A stretch of 64,000 nucleotides of DNA. Source: Candidatus Omnitrophota bacterium (GTDB lineage: Bacteria; Omnitrophota; Gorgyraeia; Zapsychrales; Zapsychraceae). The position numbers and the translations under genes were made by a program. How positions within the stretch are numbered: the stretch's first letter is position 1; every line of letters begins with the position of its first letter. The DNA lies in contig JACKFK010000008.1 of the NCBI GenBank assembly GCA_020632515.1, forward strand, positions 72,171-136,170. Reading direction: 5' to 3'. The notes beneath the pieces are model-generated. The model was not told where the DNA came from. It made no database searches and was given only the letters and a program-made list of their open reading frames with translations. This document shows, piece by piece, positions 33,636-44,601 of this stretch.

Positions 33636-34427
33636 ATGATGAGAAGTTCTAATCCAATTTTAAATCCTAAAGGATTTGCCGCTGACCGAACTTATGGGGC
33701 TGGCGAAAGTATGACTATTCAGGGAACTGTTAATAAAACATTTGTTTTATTGGCTTTGGTGGTTCTTACAGCGTCTTATGTTTGGGGAAAGGTGATGCAA
33801 CCGGCTCCGGTTTTAGACGGGTTTGAACAGTACGGCCAATCACAAAGTACGGCCATGCAGAATGTGGGACCGTTGATGATGCTGGGTGTTTTCGGCGGTT
33901 TTATTGCAGCGATTGTTACCGCGTTTAAGAAAGAGTGGGCGCCAATTACAGCGCCGATCTACGCGGGGTTAGAAGGATTGGCGTTAGGCGGGATTTCAGC
34001 GATTTTCGAAGCCAGCTATCCTGGAATCGTTATGCAGGCGGTGGCCTTAACTTTTGGAACATTGTTTTGTTTATTGGTCGCGTACAAAACCGGTCTTGTT
34101 CAAGTCACAGCGAAGTTCCGCATGGGTGTTTTTGCGGCCACAGGGGCGATTGCCTTAGTTTATCTTGTGAATATGATCATGGGCTTTTTTGGCGGAGGCA
34201 TTTCCATGCTTTCTAGCAGCAGCCCTTTGGGTATTGGTATTAGTTTGGTGATCGTCGGCATTGCAGCGTTAAATCTTGTTTTGGATTTTGATTTTATTGA
34301 ACAAGCATCTTCTGCAGGCATGCCGAAGTACATGGAATGGTACGGTGCTTTTGGTTTAATGGTCACCTTGGTCTGGCTTTACATGGAAATGTTACGCCTT
34401 TTGGCCAAGATGAATAACCGTCGTTAA
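33636..34427 (+). CDS. Bax inhibitor-1/YccA-family membrane protein
   Basis: MMRSSNPIL... N-terminus followed by 7 hydrophobic helices. ATG 33636 is preceded by AAGGAGGG and is preferred over the upstream in-frame GTG at 33573. Confidence 0.7.
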   Translation: MMRSSNPILNPKGFAADRTYGAGESMTIQGTVNKTFVLLALVVLTASYVWGKVMQPAPVLDGFEQYGQSQSTAMQNVGPLMMLGVFGGFIAAIVTAFKKEWAPITAPIYAGLEGLALGGISAIFEASYPGIVMQAVALTFGTLFCLLVAYKTGLVQVTAKFRMGVFAATGAIALVYLVNMIMGFFGGGISMLSSSSPLGIGISLVIVGIAALNLVLDFDFIEQASSAGMPKYMEWYGAFGLMVTLVWLYMEMLRLLAKMNNRR

Positions 34428-34495
34428 TGGTTTTCTTTTTAACCGCTGCGTAAACCTTTGGCCTCAAGGTTGCTTAACGCAAGGTTTGTGTCGAT

Positions 34496-35077
34496 TTAGC
34501 GAAGGGGAAATGTGGCCAGCGTTTTGTAAATCGGACCTGCAGGTGTGAGCGTGCTTTGAAATAGTGTGACGCGATCAATGGTTTGTTTTAGGTTGTCGCC
34601 AATTTTGTACGTTTCGATTTTTTTTGTTAGTGTCGAATTTTTTCTTGCGGTTTTCACGCGTCCTAAAGTAACGTGAGGGGTAAAGACGCGCTCCTCTTTG
34701 GCAAAACCTAGTGGAATTAAAGCATTTTCAATTGCCTGCGCTAATTTTCTCAAACATGAACTTAGTCCGACTTCACTCGATCCAACCCAAATTACTGTCG
34801 GTTTACCTTTTTCAGGAAATCTTCCCAAAACATTGAAATTAAATAAGATGGATGGATGTTCCTGGCAAATTTTTAATAAGATGTCTTTGGAAGCATGGAT
34901 TTGTTGTAATGGAAAATGACAAATAAATTTTAACGTCAAATGTAATTTGTTTGGATCAACCCACTTGATTGTACAATCAGGTGTTATCAAATCTTGTTGA
35001 ATTTTTTTGAATTGTTCCCGCAGATTATTATCTAATTCGATAGCGAAAAAAGCGCGAATGGTTTTGGTTTCATCCAT
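34496..35077 (-). CDS. thpR: RNA 2',3'-cyclic phosphodiesterase (2H family, ThpR/LigT)
   Basis: Two H-x-T-x motifs (HLTLKF and HVTLGR) at the expected spacing. 193 aa. Confidence 0.85.
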   Translation of the reverse strand: MDETKTIRAFFAIELDNNLREQFKKIQQDLITPDCTIKWVDPNKLHLTLKFICHFPLQQIHASKDILLKICQEHPSILFNFNVLGRFPEKGKPTVIWVGSSEVGLSSCLRKLAQAIENALIPLGFAKEERVFTPHVTLGRVKTARKNSTLTKKIETYKIGDNLKQTIDRVTLFQSTLTPAGPIYKTLATFPLR

Positions 35078-35088
35078 AGGAGGTTGAC

Positions 35089-35556
35089 TTAAATAAGAAA
35101 TTCCAATAATAACCGCAAGGCTTGGGCTGCGGCTTGAGTTTTAACTTGCAGACGGTTTCCCGGGAAAATGCATTTGAGGCAGATCAATTCCTTTTTTGCG
35201 TTGACAGCGATGTAAGTTAATCCGAGAGGCTTTTTCAAAGTACCACCTTCTGGACCGGCAATACCGGTGATACCGACTCCGAAATCAGTTTTAAAAAGAC
35301 TTCTAACCCCTAAAGCCATTTGACAGGCAACATCATTACTGACCGCACCTTTCTTAGTGATTAAAGCGTCAGGGACTTTGAGCAGTTTGGTTTTCGCGGC
35401 ATTGCTATAAGCTACGATGCCCCCTTTAAAAACAACTGAACTTCCTGGAATGTTTGTTACTCGATGGCCAAGCAGCCCGCCAGTACAGGATTCGGCAATA
35501 CTTAGGCTTTGATGGGAGTTTTTAAGATATTGGATAACCTTTTCTTCTAGTCGCAT
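35089..35556 (-). CDS. pncC: nicotinamide-nucleotide amidohydrolase (CinA C-terminal domain, PncC)
   Basis: LSIAESCTGGLLG..ITNIPGSS..FKGGIVAYSN..GAVS..VGITGIAGPEGG motifs. ATG 35556 is preferred because the TTG at 35595 lies upstream of the predicted promoter. Confidence 0.82.
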   Translation of the reverse strand: MRLEEKVIQYLKNSHQSLSIAESCTGGLLGHRVTNIPGSSVVFKGGIVAYSNAAKTKLLKVPDALITKKGAVSNDVACQMALGVRSLFKTDFGVGITGIAGPEGGTLKKPLGLTYIAVNAKKELICLKCIFPGNRLQVKTQAAAQALRLLLEFLI

Positions 35557-35562
35557 AAAGAC

Positions 35563-35591
35563 ATTATAGGCGGCTACAAAACCCTTGACAA
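35563..35591 (-). promoter_or_regulatory. sigma70-type promoter positioned for a leaderless pncC mRNA (TTGTCA-17 nt-TATAAT-6 nt-ATG)
   Basis: Minus strand reads TTGTCA AGGGTTTTGTAGCCGCC TATAAT GTCTTT ATG. There is no SD between the -10 and the ATG. Confidence 0.5.
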
Positions 35592-35747
35592 GCAATAAGA
35601 TATGGAATATATTACAACATCTTTATTGCTAACAATTGTTAAAGGATTAAATTAGCATTTTTATTTATAAATTATAGTTATTTCAATAGTATTACCTCGT
35701 GATGAGCTTTAGCATTGGGTATTCATGAGGCACAAAAGGGGAAGGAT

Positions 35748-36914
35748 ATGTTTAATTCAATTGACGAAGTTTTAGAAGATTTAAAAGCGGGAAACATGAT
35801 TATTGTTATGGATGATGAAGGTCGTGAAAATGAAGGAGATTTATTGTGCGCGGCAGAATTTATCACTCCTGATAAAGTTAATTTTATGGCCAAAGAAGCC
35901 CGTGGATTAATTTGTGTGCCTATGGAAGAAGATCGTTTGAATGAATTGGATTTGCATCCGATGAAAGTGGATTTAAGTCATAAACATCAAAAATGTGATA
36001 CTGGCTGGGCTATTTCGGTTGACGCGGCTAAAGGCGTTACAACTGGAATCTCCGCAGCTGATCGATCATATACAGTGAAAGTTTTAATCGATCAGGAAGC
36101 AAAGTCAGCGGATTTAATTACTCCGGGACATTTGTTTCCTTTAAGAGCGAAACGTGGTGGAGTGTTAGTTCGCGCCGGACATACTGAGGCGTCTGTTGAT
36201 TTAATGCGTCTGGCTGGTTTATATCCTGCCGGGGTTATCTGTGAGATTATGAACGAAGATGGAACCATGGCCCGAACAGAAGATTTGTTAACCTTTTCGA
36301 AAAAACATAAAATCAAGATTTGTACTATTGATAGTTTGATCGAGTATTTGCGGCGATCAAAGAAATTAATTAAACGGGTTGATGAGTCAATATTACCTAC
36401 AGAATATGGCGATTTTAAAATGTACATTTATAAGTCAGAAGTCGATGACCTTGAACATATCGCGTTAGCTCTGGGCGACGTGCAGAAACAAGATGCTGTT
36501 TTAGTACGTGTTCATTCGGAATGTTTGTTGGCGGATGCCTTGCGCTCATGCGAGATTGATGGATCCTATTCATTGAATACAGCTTTGAAATTAATTCAGG
36601 AAAACGGTAGCGGAATTTTGGTGTACATGAGAAAGGGCAATAAAGAGCTTGATCTTATTGAAAAGGTGAAGGCGTTTCATCAGAAAAAACAAAATCCAGT
36701 AGTCGAAGATTCTGTAGAAGAGATGAGTTTTTTGCCTGATTTACGGCATTATGGTTTAGGTGCGCAGATCTTAGTTGATTTAGGTGTCACAAAAATTAGA
36801 TTGTTAACGAATAATCCAAGAAAGATTGTCGGGTTAGATGGTTACGGGCTGTCTGTGATTGAACGTGTCGCTTTAAAAAAAACTCATGAATCCGCAGCAG
36901 CAGTTACGCAATAA
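35748..36914 (+). CDS. ribB: 3,4-dihydroxy-2-butanone-4-phosphate synthase fused to a degenerate GTP cyclohydrolase II-like domain (RibBX type)
   Basis: The N-terminal half is canonical RibB (DDEGRENEGDL..RAGHTEASVDL). The C-terminal half aligns to RibA, but two of the three RibA zinc-ligand Cys are substituted (HSECLLADALRSCEIDGS vs HSECLTGDALFSLRCDCG) and the EGRxIGL motif is lost. Confidence 0.85.
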   Translation: MFNSIDEVLEDLKAGNMIIVMDDEGRENEGDLLCAAEFITPDKVNFMAKEARGLICVPMEEDRLNELDLHPMKVDLSHKHQKCDTGWAISVDAAKGVTTGISAADRSYTVKVLIDQEAKSADLITPGHLFPLRAKRGGVLVRAGHTEASVDLMRLAGLYPAGVICEIMNEDGTMARTEDLLTFSKKHKIKICTIDSLIEYLRRSKKLIKRVDESILPTEYGDFKMYIYKSEVDDLEHIALALGDVQKQDAVLVRVHSECLLADALRSCEIDGSYSLNTALKLIQENGSGILVYMRKGNKELDLIEKVKAFHQKKQNPVVEDSVEEMSFLPDLRHYGLGAQILVDLGVTKIRLLTNNPRKIVGLDGYGLSVIERVALKKTHESAAAVTQ

Positions 36915-37031
36915 GAATAAGAAAGCCTAAAGCAATAAAAGTCTCTTTCTTGCTTTACTTAAAGCTTTCAACAAAACTTCATCGACAAATAATTAAGAGT
37001 TTTCTTAATTTTCCCGTGCATTATCTGTATA

Positions 37032-37496
37032 ATGGCTAAAATTATTAAAGGAAAACATAAGATTCGTGGTCAGAAAGTTGCGGTGATTGTTGCTAGATTT
37101 AATGAATTTATCACCAAGAATCTTTTAGAAGCCTGTCTTAGTGAACTTCAGCAGTGCGGAGTTAAGAAAAATAATATTACGGTTGTTTGGGTTCCGGGTG
37201 CGTTTGAGATTCCGGTCACTGCCAAAAAGTTAGCGTTAAAGAAAGAAATTGACGCGGTTATTTGTTTAGGTGCGGTCATTCGTGGAGAAACATTGCATTA
37301 TGAGTTGGTGGCCAATGATACCTCCCGAGGGATTATGCAGGTGGGGTTAGAAACAAATAAACCGGTTATTATGGGTGTCTTGGCGGTTGACACGCTAGAG
37401 CAGGCTTATAAACGATCAGAGGAAAAAGGAGAGAATAAGGGCAAGGAAGCTGCATTGGCAGCTGTTGAAATGATAGATCTTCTTTCTCATATTTAA
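37032..37496 (+). CDS. ribH: 6,7-dimethyl-8-ribityllumazine synthase
   Basis: VAVIVARFNEFIT..VVWVPGAFEIP..VICLGAVIRGETLHYE. 154 aa. Confidence 0.94.
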   Translation: MAKIIKGKHKIRGQKVAVIVARFNEFITKNLLEACLSELQQCGVKKNNITVVWVPGAFEIPVTAKKLALKKEIDAVICLGAVIRGETLHYELVANDTSRGIMQVGLETNKPVIMGVLAVDTLEQAYKRSEEKGENKGKEAALAAVEMIDLLSHI

Positions 37497-37546
37497 GAAT
37501 AATATTTTCTAAAAGATTTAATTCTTTTAAAGAAATAAAGGTTATT

Positions 37547-37975
37547 ATGCGTAAAAGAACACGGGGACGCGAAACAGCGTTAAAAATTTTATATCAAGCT
37601 GAAATTACTCGACGGGATATTAAGGATTCTGCTAAGTATTATTGGTCAGACACAGGTATTACCGACAATACGGTTAAAGTATTTTCGGAAACGATTATTA
37701 ATGGTGTTGCTTCGCATTTGGAAGATATCGATAATAAAATTTCATCTTACGCTACAAATTGGCAGATTAAACGCATGGCTGTGATTGATCGTAATATTCT
37801 GCGAATGGGTGTATTTGAATTGCTTTTTGCTCCGGACATTCCTCCCAAAGTTACTATTAATGAAGCGGTTGAATTAGCCAAAAAATATGGTGACTTAGAA
37901 TCATCCAAGTTTGTTAACGGTATTTTAGATAAGATTCACAAAACCGAATTAACAGCGGATTCAAAGAAATCATAG
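37547..37975 (+). CDS. nusB: transcription antitermination factor NusB
   Basis: RETALKILYQAE..IDRNILRMGVFEL..PPKVTINEAVELAKKYG..SSKFVNGILDKI. The conserved ribH-nusB linkage is present. Confidence 0.92.
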   Translation: MRKRTRGRETALKILYQAEITRRDIKDSAKYYWSDTGITDNTVKVFSETIINGVASHLEDIDNKISSYATNWQIKRMAVIDRNILRMGVFELLFAPDIPPKVTINEAVELAKKYGDLESSKFVNGILDKIHKTELTADSKKS

Positions 37976-38008
37976 AATTTTTATTCAGAATTTATATCTC
38001 TTAAACTT

Positions 38009-38827
38009 ATGACAAAATGGGCAGATCTTCATATTCACACCTATTATTCCGACAGCACCTCCTCACCGGAAGAAGTTGTTAATCAGGCCTTAGCCAATGG
38101 TTTAAATTGTATCGCAATCACGGATCATGATATTATTGAAGGAATTCAGCCTGTCATGCAGGCCGCTCAAGGGAAAGATTTAGAAATTATTCCTGGAGTG
38201 GAAATTTCCACGGAGATCCATGGGCAAGATGTCCATATGTTAGGGTATTTATTTGATATTAATAACAGTCGTCTTATTGAGATGCTCGAACGTATGCAGC
38301 AAGAGCGGATTGTCCGAATGAAGCAGATGATCATGAAACTGAAAGAATTGGATGTGGCGGAAATTGATTATGATGAAGTTGCCGCATTGACAAAATCCAA
38401 TGCTTTGGGCCGTCCGCATTTAGCGACAATATTAAAAAAGCAAAAAAAAGTGAGAACGATCAAAGAAGCTTTTGATAAATATTTGGCAGATGATGCGCCT
38501 GCCTTTGTTCCCAAATTTAAGGTTACACCTAAAGAAGCTATTGAGTTGGTTCAAGATGCCGGTGGCGTGACAGCGTTAGCGCATCCGATGATGACAAAAG
38601 TGGATGAATTGATTAATAAATTTGTTGAGCAGGGAATGCGGGGGTTAGAGGTTTATTATCCAAATTGTTCTTCGACAATTATTAATCATTACGAAGGATT
38701 GGCAAAGAAATACAAGTTAGCTGCAACCGGCGGATCTGATGCGCACGGAGAAGCAAAGAAAAATACATTTTTGGGAAAGATTAAAATTCCTTATGAATTA
38801 GTTGAGAATCTTAAGGGGTTGGTTTAA
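38009..38827 (+). CDS. PHP-domain phosphoesterase (TrpH/YciV-like)
   Basis: ADLHIHTYYSDS..AITDHD..GVEIS...HMLGY...ALAHP...GGSDAHG metal-binding motif series of the PHP superfamily. Confidence 0.85.
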   Translation: MTKWADLHIHTYYSDSTSSPEEVVNQALANGLNCIAITDHDIIEGIQPVMQAAQGKDLEIIPGVEISTEIHGQDVHMLGYLFDINNSRLIEMLERMQQERIVRMKQMIMKLKELDVAEIDYDEVAALTKSNALGRPHLATILKKQKKVRTIKEAFDKYLADDAPAFVPKFKVTPKEAIELVQDAGGVTALAHPMMTKVDELINKFVEQGMRGLEVYYPNCSSTIINHYEGLAKKYKLAATGGSDAHGEAKKNTFLGKIKIPYELVENLKGLV

Positions 38828-38830
38828 ATA

Positions 38831-39514
38831 ATGAGAGCGAAAAACGCTGTTCATATTCCTTTTACAGTCGCTAAATCTGCGCAAACTTTAGATGGAAAGA
38901 TTGCCGCCCGAACCGGCCGGTCTAAATGGATCACATCAACCAAGGCGCGGAATTTTGCCCGCCAACAGCGTGAGAATTTTGATGCGATTATGGTGGGTGT
39001 TAACACAGTGATAAAAGATGATCCGCGGTTAACCTCTTTAAATAAAAATCATAAACTGCTTAAAGTGATTGTTGATTCAAGCTGTCGTATTTCCAGACAA
39101 GCTCAAGTATTTGCGGGAATAAAGCAGGGGGGGTGTTTAATTGCGACTACAAAAAAGGCCTCTGTACGAAAGATGAATTTACTGGCGCGAGAAGGTGTAG
39201 AGGTTGTGCAATGTCCGCAGCAGAGAGATAAAGTAAATTTGCTTTGGCTTTTTCAGTATCTTTATCAGCGAGGAATCCGGAAAATTCTCATTGAAGGTGG
39301 AGCGCAGTTAATAGGCGAAGCGTTAAGGTTAAATCTTGTCGAGCAAATGCATATTTACATCGCGCCGAAAATTTTAGGTGATGAGCAGGCTTTAAACTCC
39401 GTTGTTGGTTTGAAACCTTTGGACATTCAGCAGGGTATTTTATTAAAAAAAATTAAAGTAATTCCAATTGATCAAGATATATTGGTGATAGGTAATGTTT
39501 ACAGGGATCGTTGA
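38831..39514 (+). CDS. ribD: 5-amino-6-(5-phosphoribosylamino)uracil reductase (RibD C-terminal domain only; no deaminase domain)
   Basis: FTVAKSAQTLDGKIA..SKWITS..AR...LR...DAIMVGVNTVIKDDPRLT and ILIEGGAQL. The protein starts directly at the reductase domain, and no HAE/PCxxC deaminase motifs are present. Confidence 0.85.
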   Translation: MRAKNAVHIPFTVAKSAQTLDGKIAARTGRSKWITSTKARNFARQQRENFDAIMVGVNTVIKDDPRLTSLNKNHKLLKVIVDSSCRISRQAQVFAGIKQGGCLIATTKKASVRKMNLLAREGVEVVQCPQQRDKVNLLWLFQYLYQRGIRKILIEGGAQLIGEALRLNLVEQMHIYIAPKILGDEQALNSVVGLKPLDIQQGILLKKIKVIPIDQDILVIGNVYRDR

Positions 39515-40070
39515 AGAATTAGGTATTGTAAAGAATCTAAAACAGTTAAAAAATTTAAGTATTTTAACTGTTGCAGCTAAAAAAACCTTACGCGGGGTTA
39601 AGCAAGGTGATAGTGTTGCCGTCAATGGGGTTTGTTTAACTGCGATCAAAATAACAAAGACGCAATTACAGTTTGATATGATGAAAGAAACTTTAGAAAA
39701 AACCACATTAGGACGGTTAAAATTAGACGAATACGTTAATCTTGAGCGGGCGTTGAAGGCTTCTGATCGGTTGGGTGGACATTTTGTTACCGGGCATGTT
39801 GACGAAATCGCGGTGATCAAAGATGTTATTAAACAGAAAAATTATACAGAGATCAAAATTACATTTCCAAAAAAGTTAAAGAAATATATTGTCAAAAAAG
39901 GTTCGATTTGTGTTGATGGTGTAAGTCTAACGGTTGGCTCGGTTGGTCAAAATGTTTTTTCTGTGTATTTGATCCCTTTTACTCAAGAGGTCACAACTTT
40001 TGGATTGAAAAGAAAAGGGGATAAGGTTAATATTGAAATTGATATTTTAGCGAGATACATTTTAGGTTAA
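39495..40070 (+). CDS. ribE: riboflavin synthase
   Basis: MFTGIVEELG start with duplicated lumazine-binding repeats (GDSVAVNGVCLT / GSICVDGVSLTV). 191 aa. Confidence 0.93.
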   Translation: MFTGIVEELGIVKNLKQLKNLSILTVAAKKTLRGVKQGDSVAVNGVCLTAIKITKTQLQFDMMKETLEKTTLGRLKLDEYVNLERALKASDRLGGHFVTGHVDEIAVIKDVIKQKNYTEIKITFPKKLKKYIVKKGSICVDGVSLTVGSVGQNVFSVYLIPFTQEVTTFGLKRKGDKVNIEIDILARYILG

Positions 40071-40178
40071 GCAGGTTTAGTTTTAGTAATCGGTTATCGG
40101 TTTTCGCGAAGTATTCTTTTAAAGTGTTGTGGTTGATATTCAAAGCTGCACTAATTTTTCAGTTACGAAAGGACATTT

Positions 40179-40613
40179 ATGGAACTCGATATTCAAGCAA
40201 TACAGAAAATTATTCCGCATCGATATCCTTTTTTGATGATTGACAGGGTGATTGATTTGGTGGCGAATGAAAAATTGGTCGCTATTAAGAATGTCTCTAA
40301 TAATGAAAATTTTTTTATGGGACATTTTCCTAATGAAAAAGTTATGCCTGGTGTTTTAATTATTGAGGCGATGGCACAGGCTGGATGTATTTATTTCTAC
40401 TACAGCAAAAATATGCAAGGGAAGGATTTAATTTATTATTTGGCAAAGGTGACATCAAAATTTATTGCGCCGGTCATTCCTGGAGATCAGCTGCGGATTG
40501 AAGTAACCACGAAAAAACTGATGAAGACAACGGGATTTCTCATCACCAAGGCATATGTGGGGGATAAACTCGTAGCTGATGCGGAGATTGGGTTTGGGAT
40601 TAAAGAGGTCTAA
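40179..40613 (+). CDS. fabZ: 3-hydroxyacyl-[acyl-carrier-protein] dehydratase FabZ
   Basis: IPHRYPFLMIDRV...FFMGHFPNEKVMPGVLIIEAMAQ. 144 aa. Confidence 0.93.
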   Translation: MELDIQAIQKIIPHRYPFLMIDRVIDLVANEKLVAIKNVSNNENFFMGHFPNEKVMPGVLIIEAMAQAGCIYFYYSKNMQGKDLIYYLAKVTSKFIAPVIPGDQLRIEVTTKKLMKTTGFLITKAYVGDKLVADAEIGFGIKEV

Positions 40614-40829
40614 ATTTTTCTGCAGTTAAAATACATGTAACCCTTTCTATATCAAATAATTAACATTCTATTATTTGTCATTTGACGAAGTTTCTCAATA
40701 ATGTTAGACTACATTTTTTAACTTATTGTTAACTACGATTTTTTGATTCCTCGCTCTCAAAAAGAGTTCGGGATTCATTTGCATGTTAATTTATGTCGCA
40801 AAAAGGCTTCATAAATTATGTGTTCATGA

Positions 40830-40903
40830 ACGGGGAGTAGCGCAGCTGGCTAGCGCGCATCGTTCGGGACGATGAGGTCGTGGGTTCGAATCCCGCCTCC
40901 CCG
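40830..40903 (+). tRNA. tRNA-Pro (anticodon CGG)
   Basis: Acceptor CGGGGAG/CTCCCCG, D arm GCGC/GCGC, anticodon arm CATCG-TTCGGGA-CGATG (G37), T arm GTGGG-TTCGAAT-CCCGC. Followed by TTTTTT. Confidence 0.9.
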
Positions 40904-40923
40904 ATTTTTTGTGAAAGAATTCA

Positions 40924-41193
40924 ATGCAACAAGCGCATATATTTTATTCAGGAATTGTTCAAGGGGTTGGTTTTCGCTATACAGTTAATTCTATTGCCAA
41001 AGATTTAGGCGTAAAGGGGTGGGTGCGTAATCTTGTTGACGGCCGGGTCGAGATTCTAGCCGAAGGGTTGGAAGAAACATTGAAGCAAATGTGTTTGGAT
41101 ATTGAGAATCATTTTGACCGTAATATCCGCGATAAACAAGTTGATATGCGGGAAGCGAGTCAGAAATTTCAGAATTTTGAAATTAGATATTAA
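40924..41193 (+). CDS. acyP: acylphosphatase
   Basis: GIVQGVGFRYTV...LGVKGWVRNLVDGRVE signature. 89 aa. Confidence 0.9.
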   Translation: MQQAHIFYSGIVQGVGFRYTVNSIAKDLGVKGWVRNLVDGRVEILAEGLEETLKQMCLDIENHFDRNIRDKQVDMREASQKFQNFEIRY

Positions 41194-41286
41194 TTTAATT
41201 AAATATTTAAAGTTGCTTGTTGTTGGTCCTTCGATAAACTCAAGACTGCGCCCCCAGCAACATAGTAACAAGCAACTTAATCAATT

Positions 41287-44537
<3,251 letters not shown>

Positions 44538-44601
44538 AGGCAAAGTTCTTGGCGCGTGCTTGCCCAGGGGCCTTGTAATTTTATAACTGTGTGACGTATT
44601 T

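Noticed and set aside
34448-34480. Hairpin (AACCTT/AAGGTT plus GCGT/ACGC) between the convergent membrane-protein gene and thpR as a bidirectional terminator
   Set aside because: It has a plausible position, but the stem is short and interrupted, and neither strand has a proper U-tract after the stem. It is not confident enough to annotate.
35596-35747. FMN (RFN) riboswitch upstream of the riboflavin cluster
   Set aside because: None of the conserved RFN segments (for example GGGCAGGGUGAAAUUCCC or AGUCUGGAUGGGAG-like blocks) is present. There is only a small CCTC..GAGG hairpin.
36092-36427. 111-aa ORF antisense to ribB, and likewise the 125-aa ORF at 39443-39820 antisense to ribE
   Set aside because: Both are fully embedded opposite strongly conserved enzymes, so they are most simply shadow frames.
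37027-37032. TGtTATAAT extended -10-like sequence at the ribH start
   Set aside because: The hexamer ends on the A of the ribH ATG (37032), so transcription from it would start inside the coding sequence. It is likely coincidental in AT-rich DNA.
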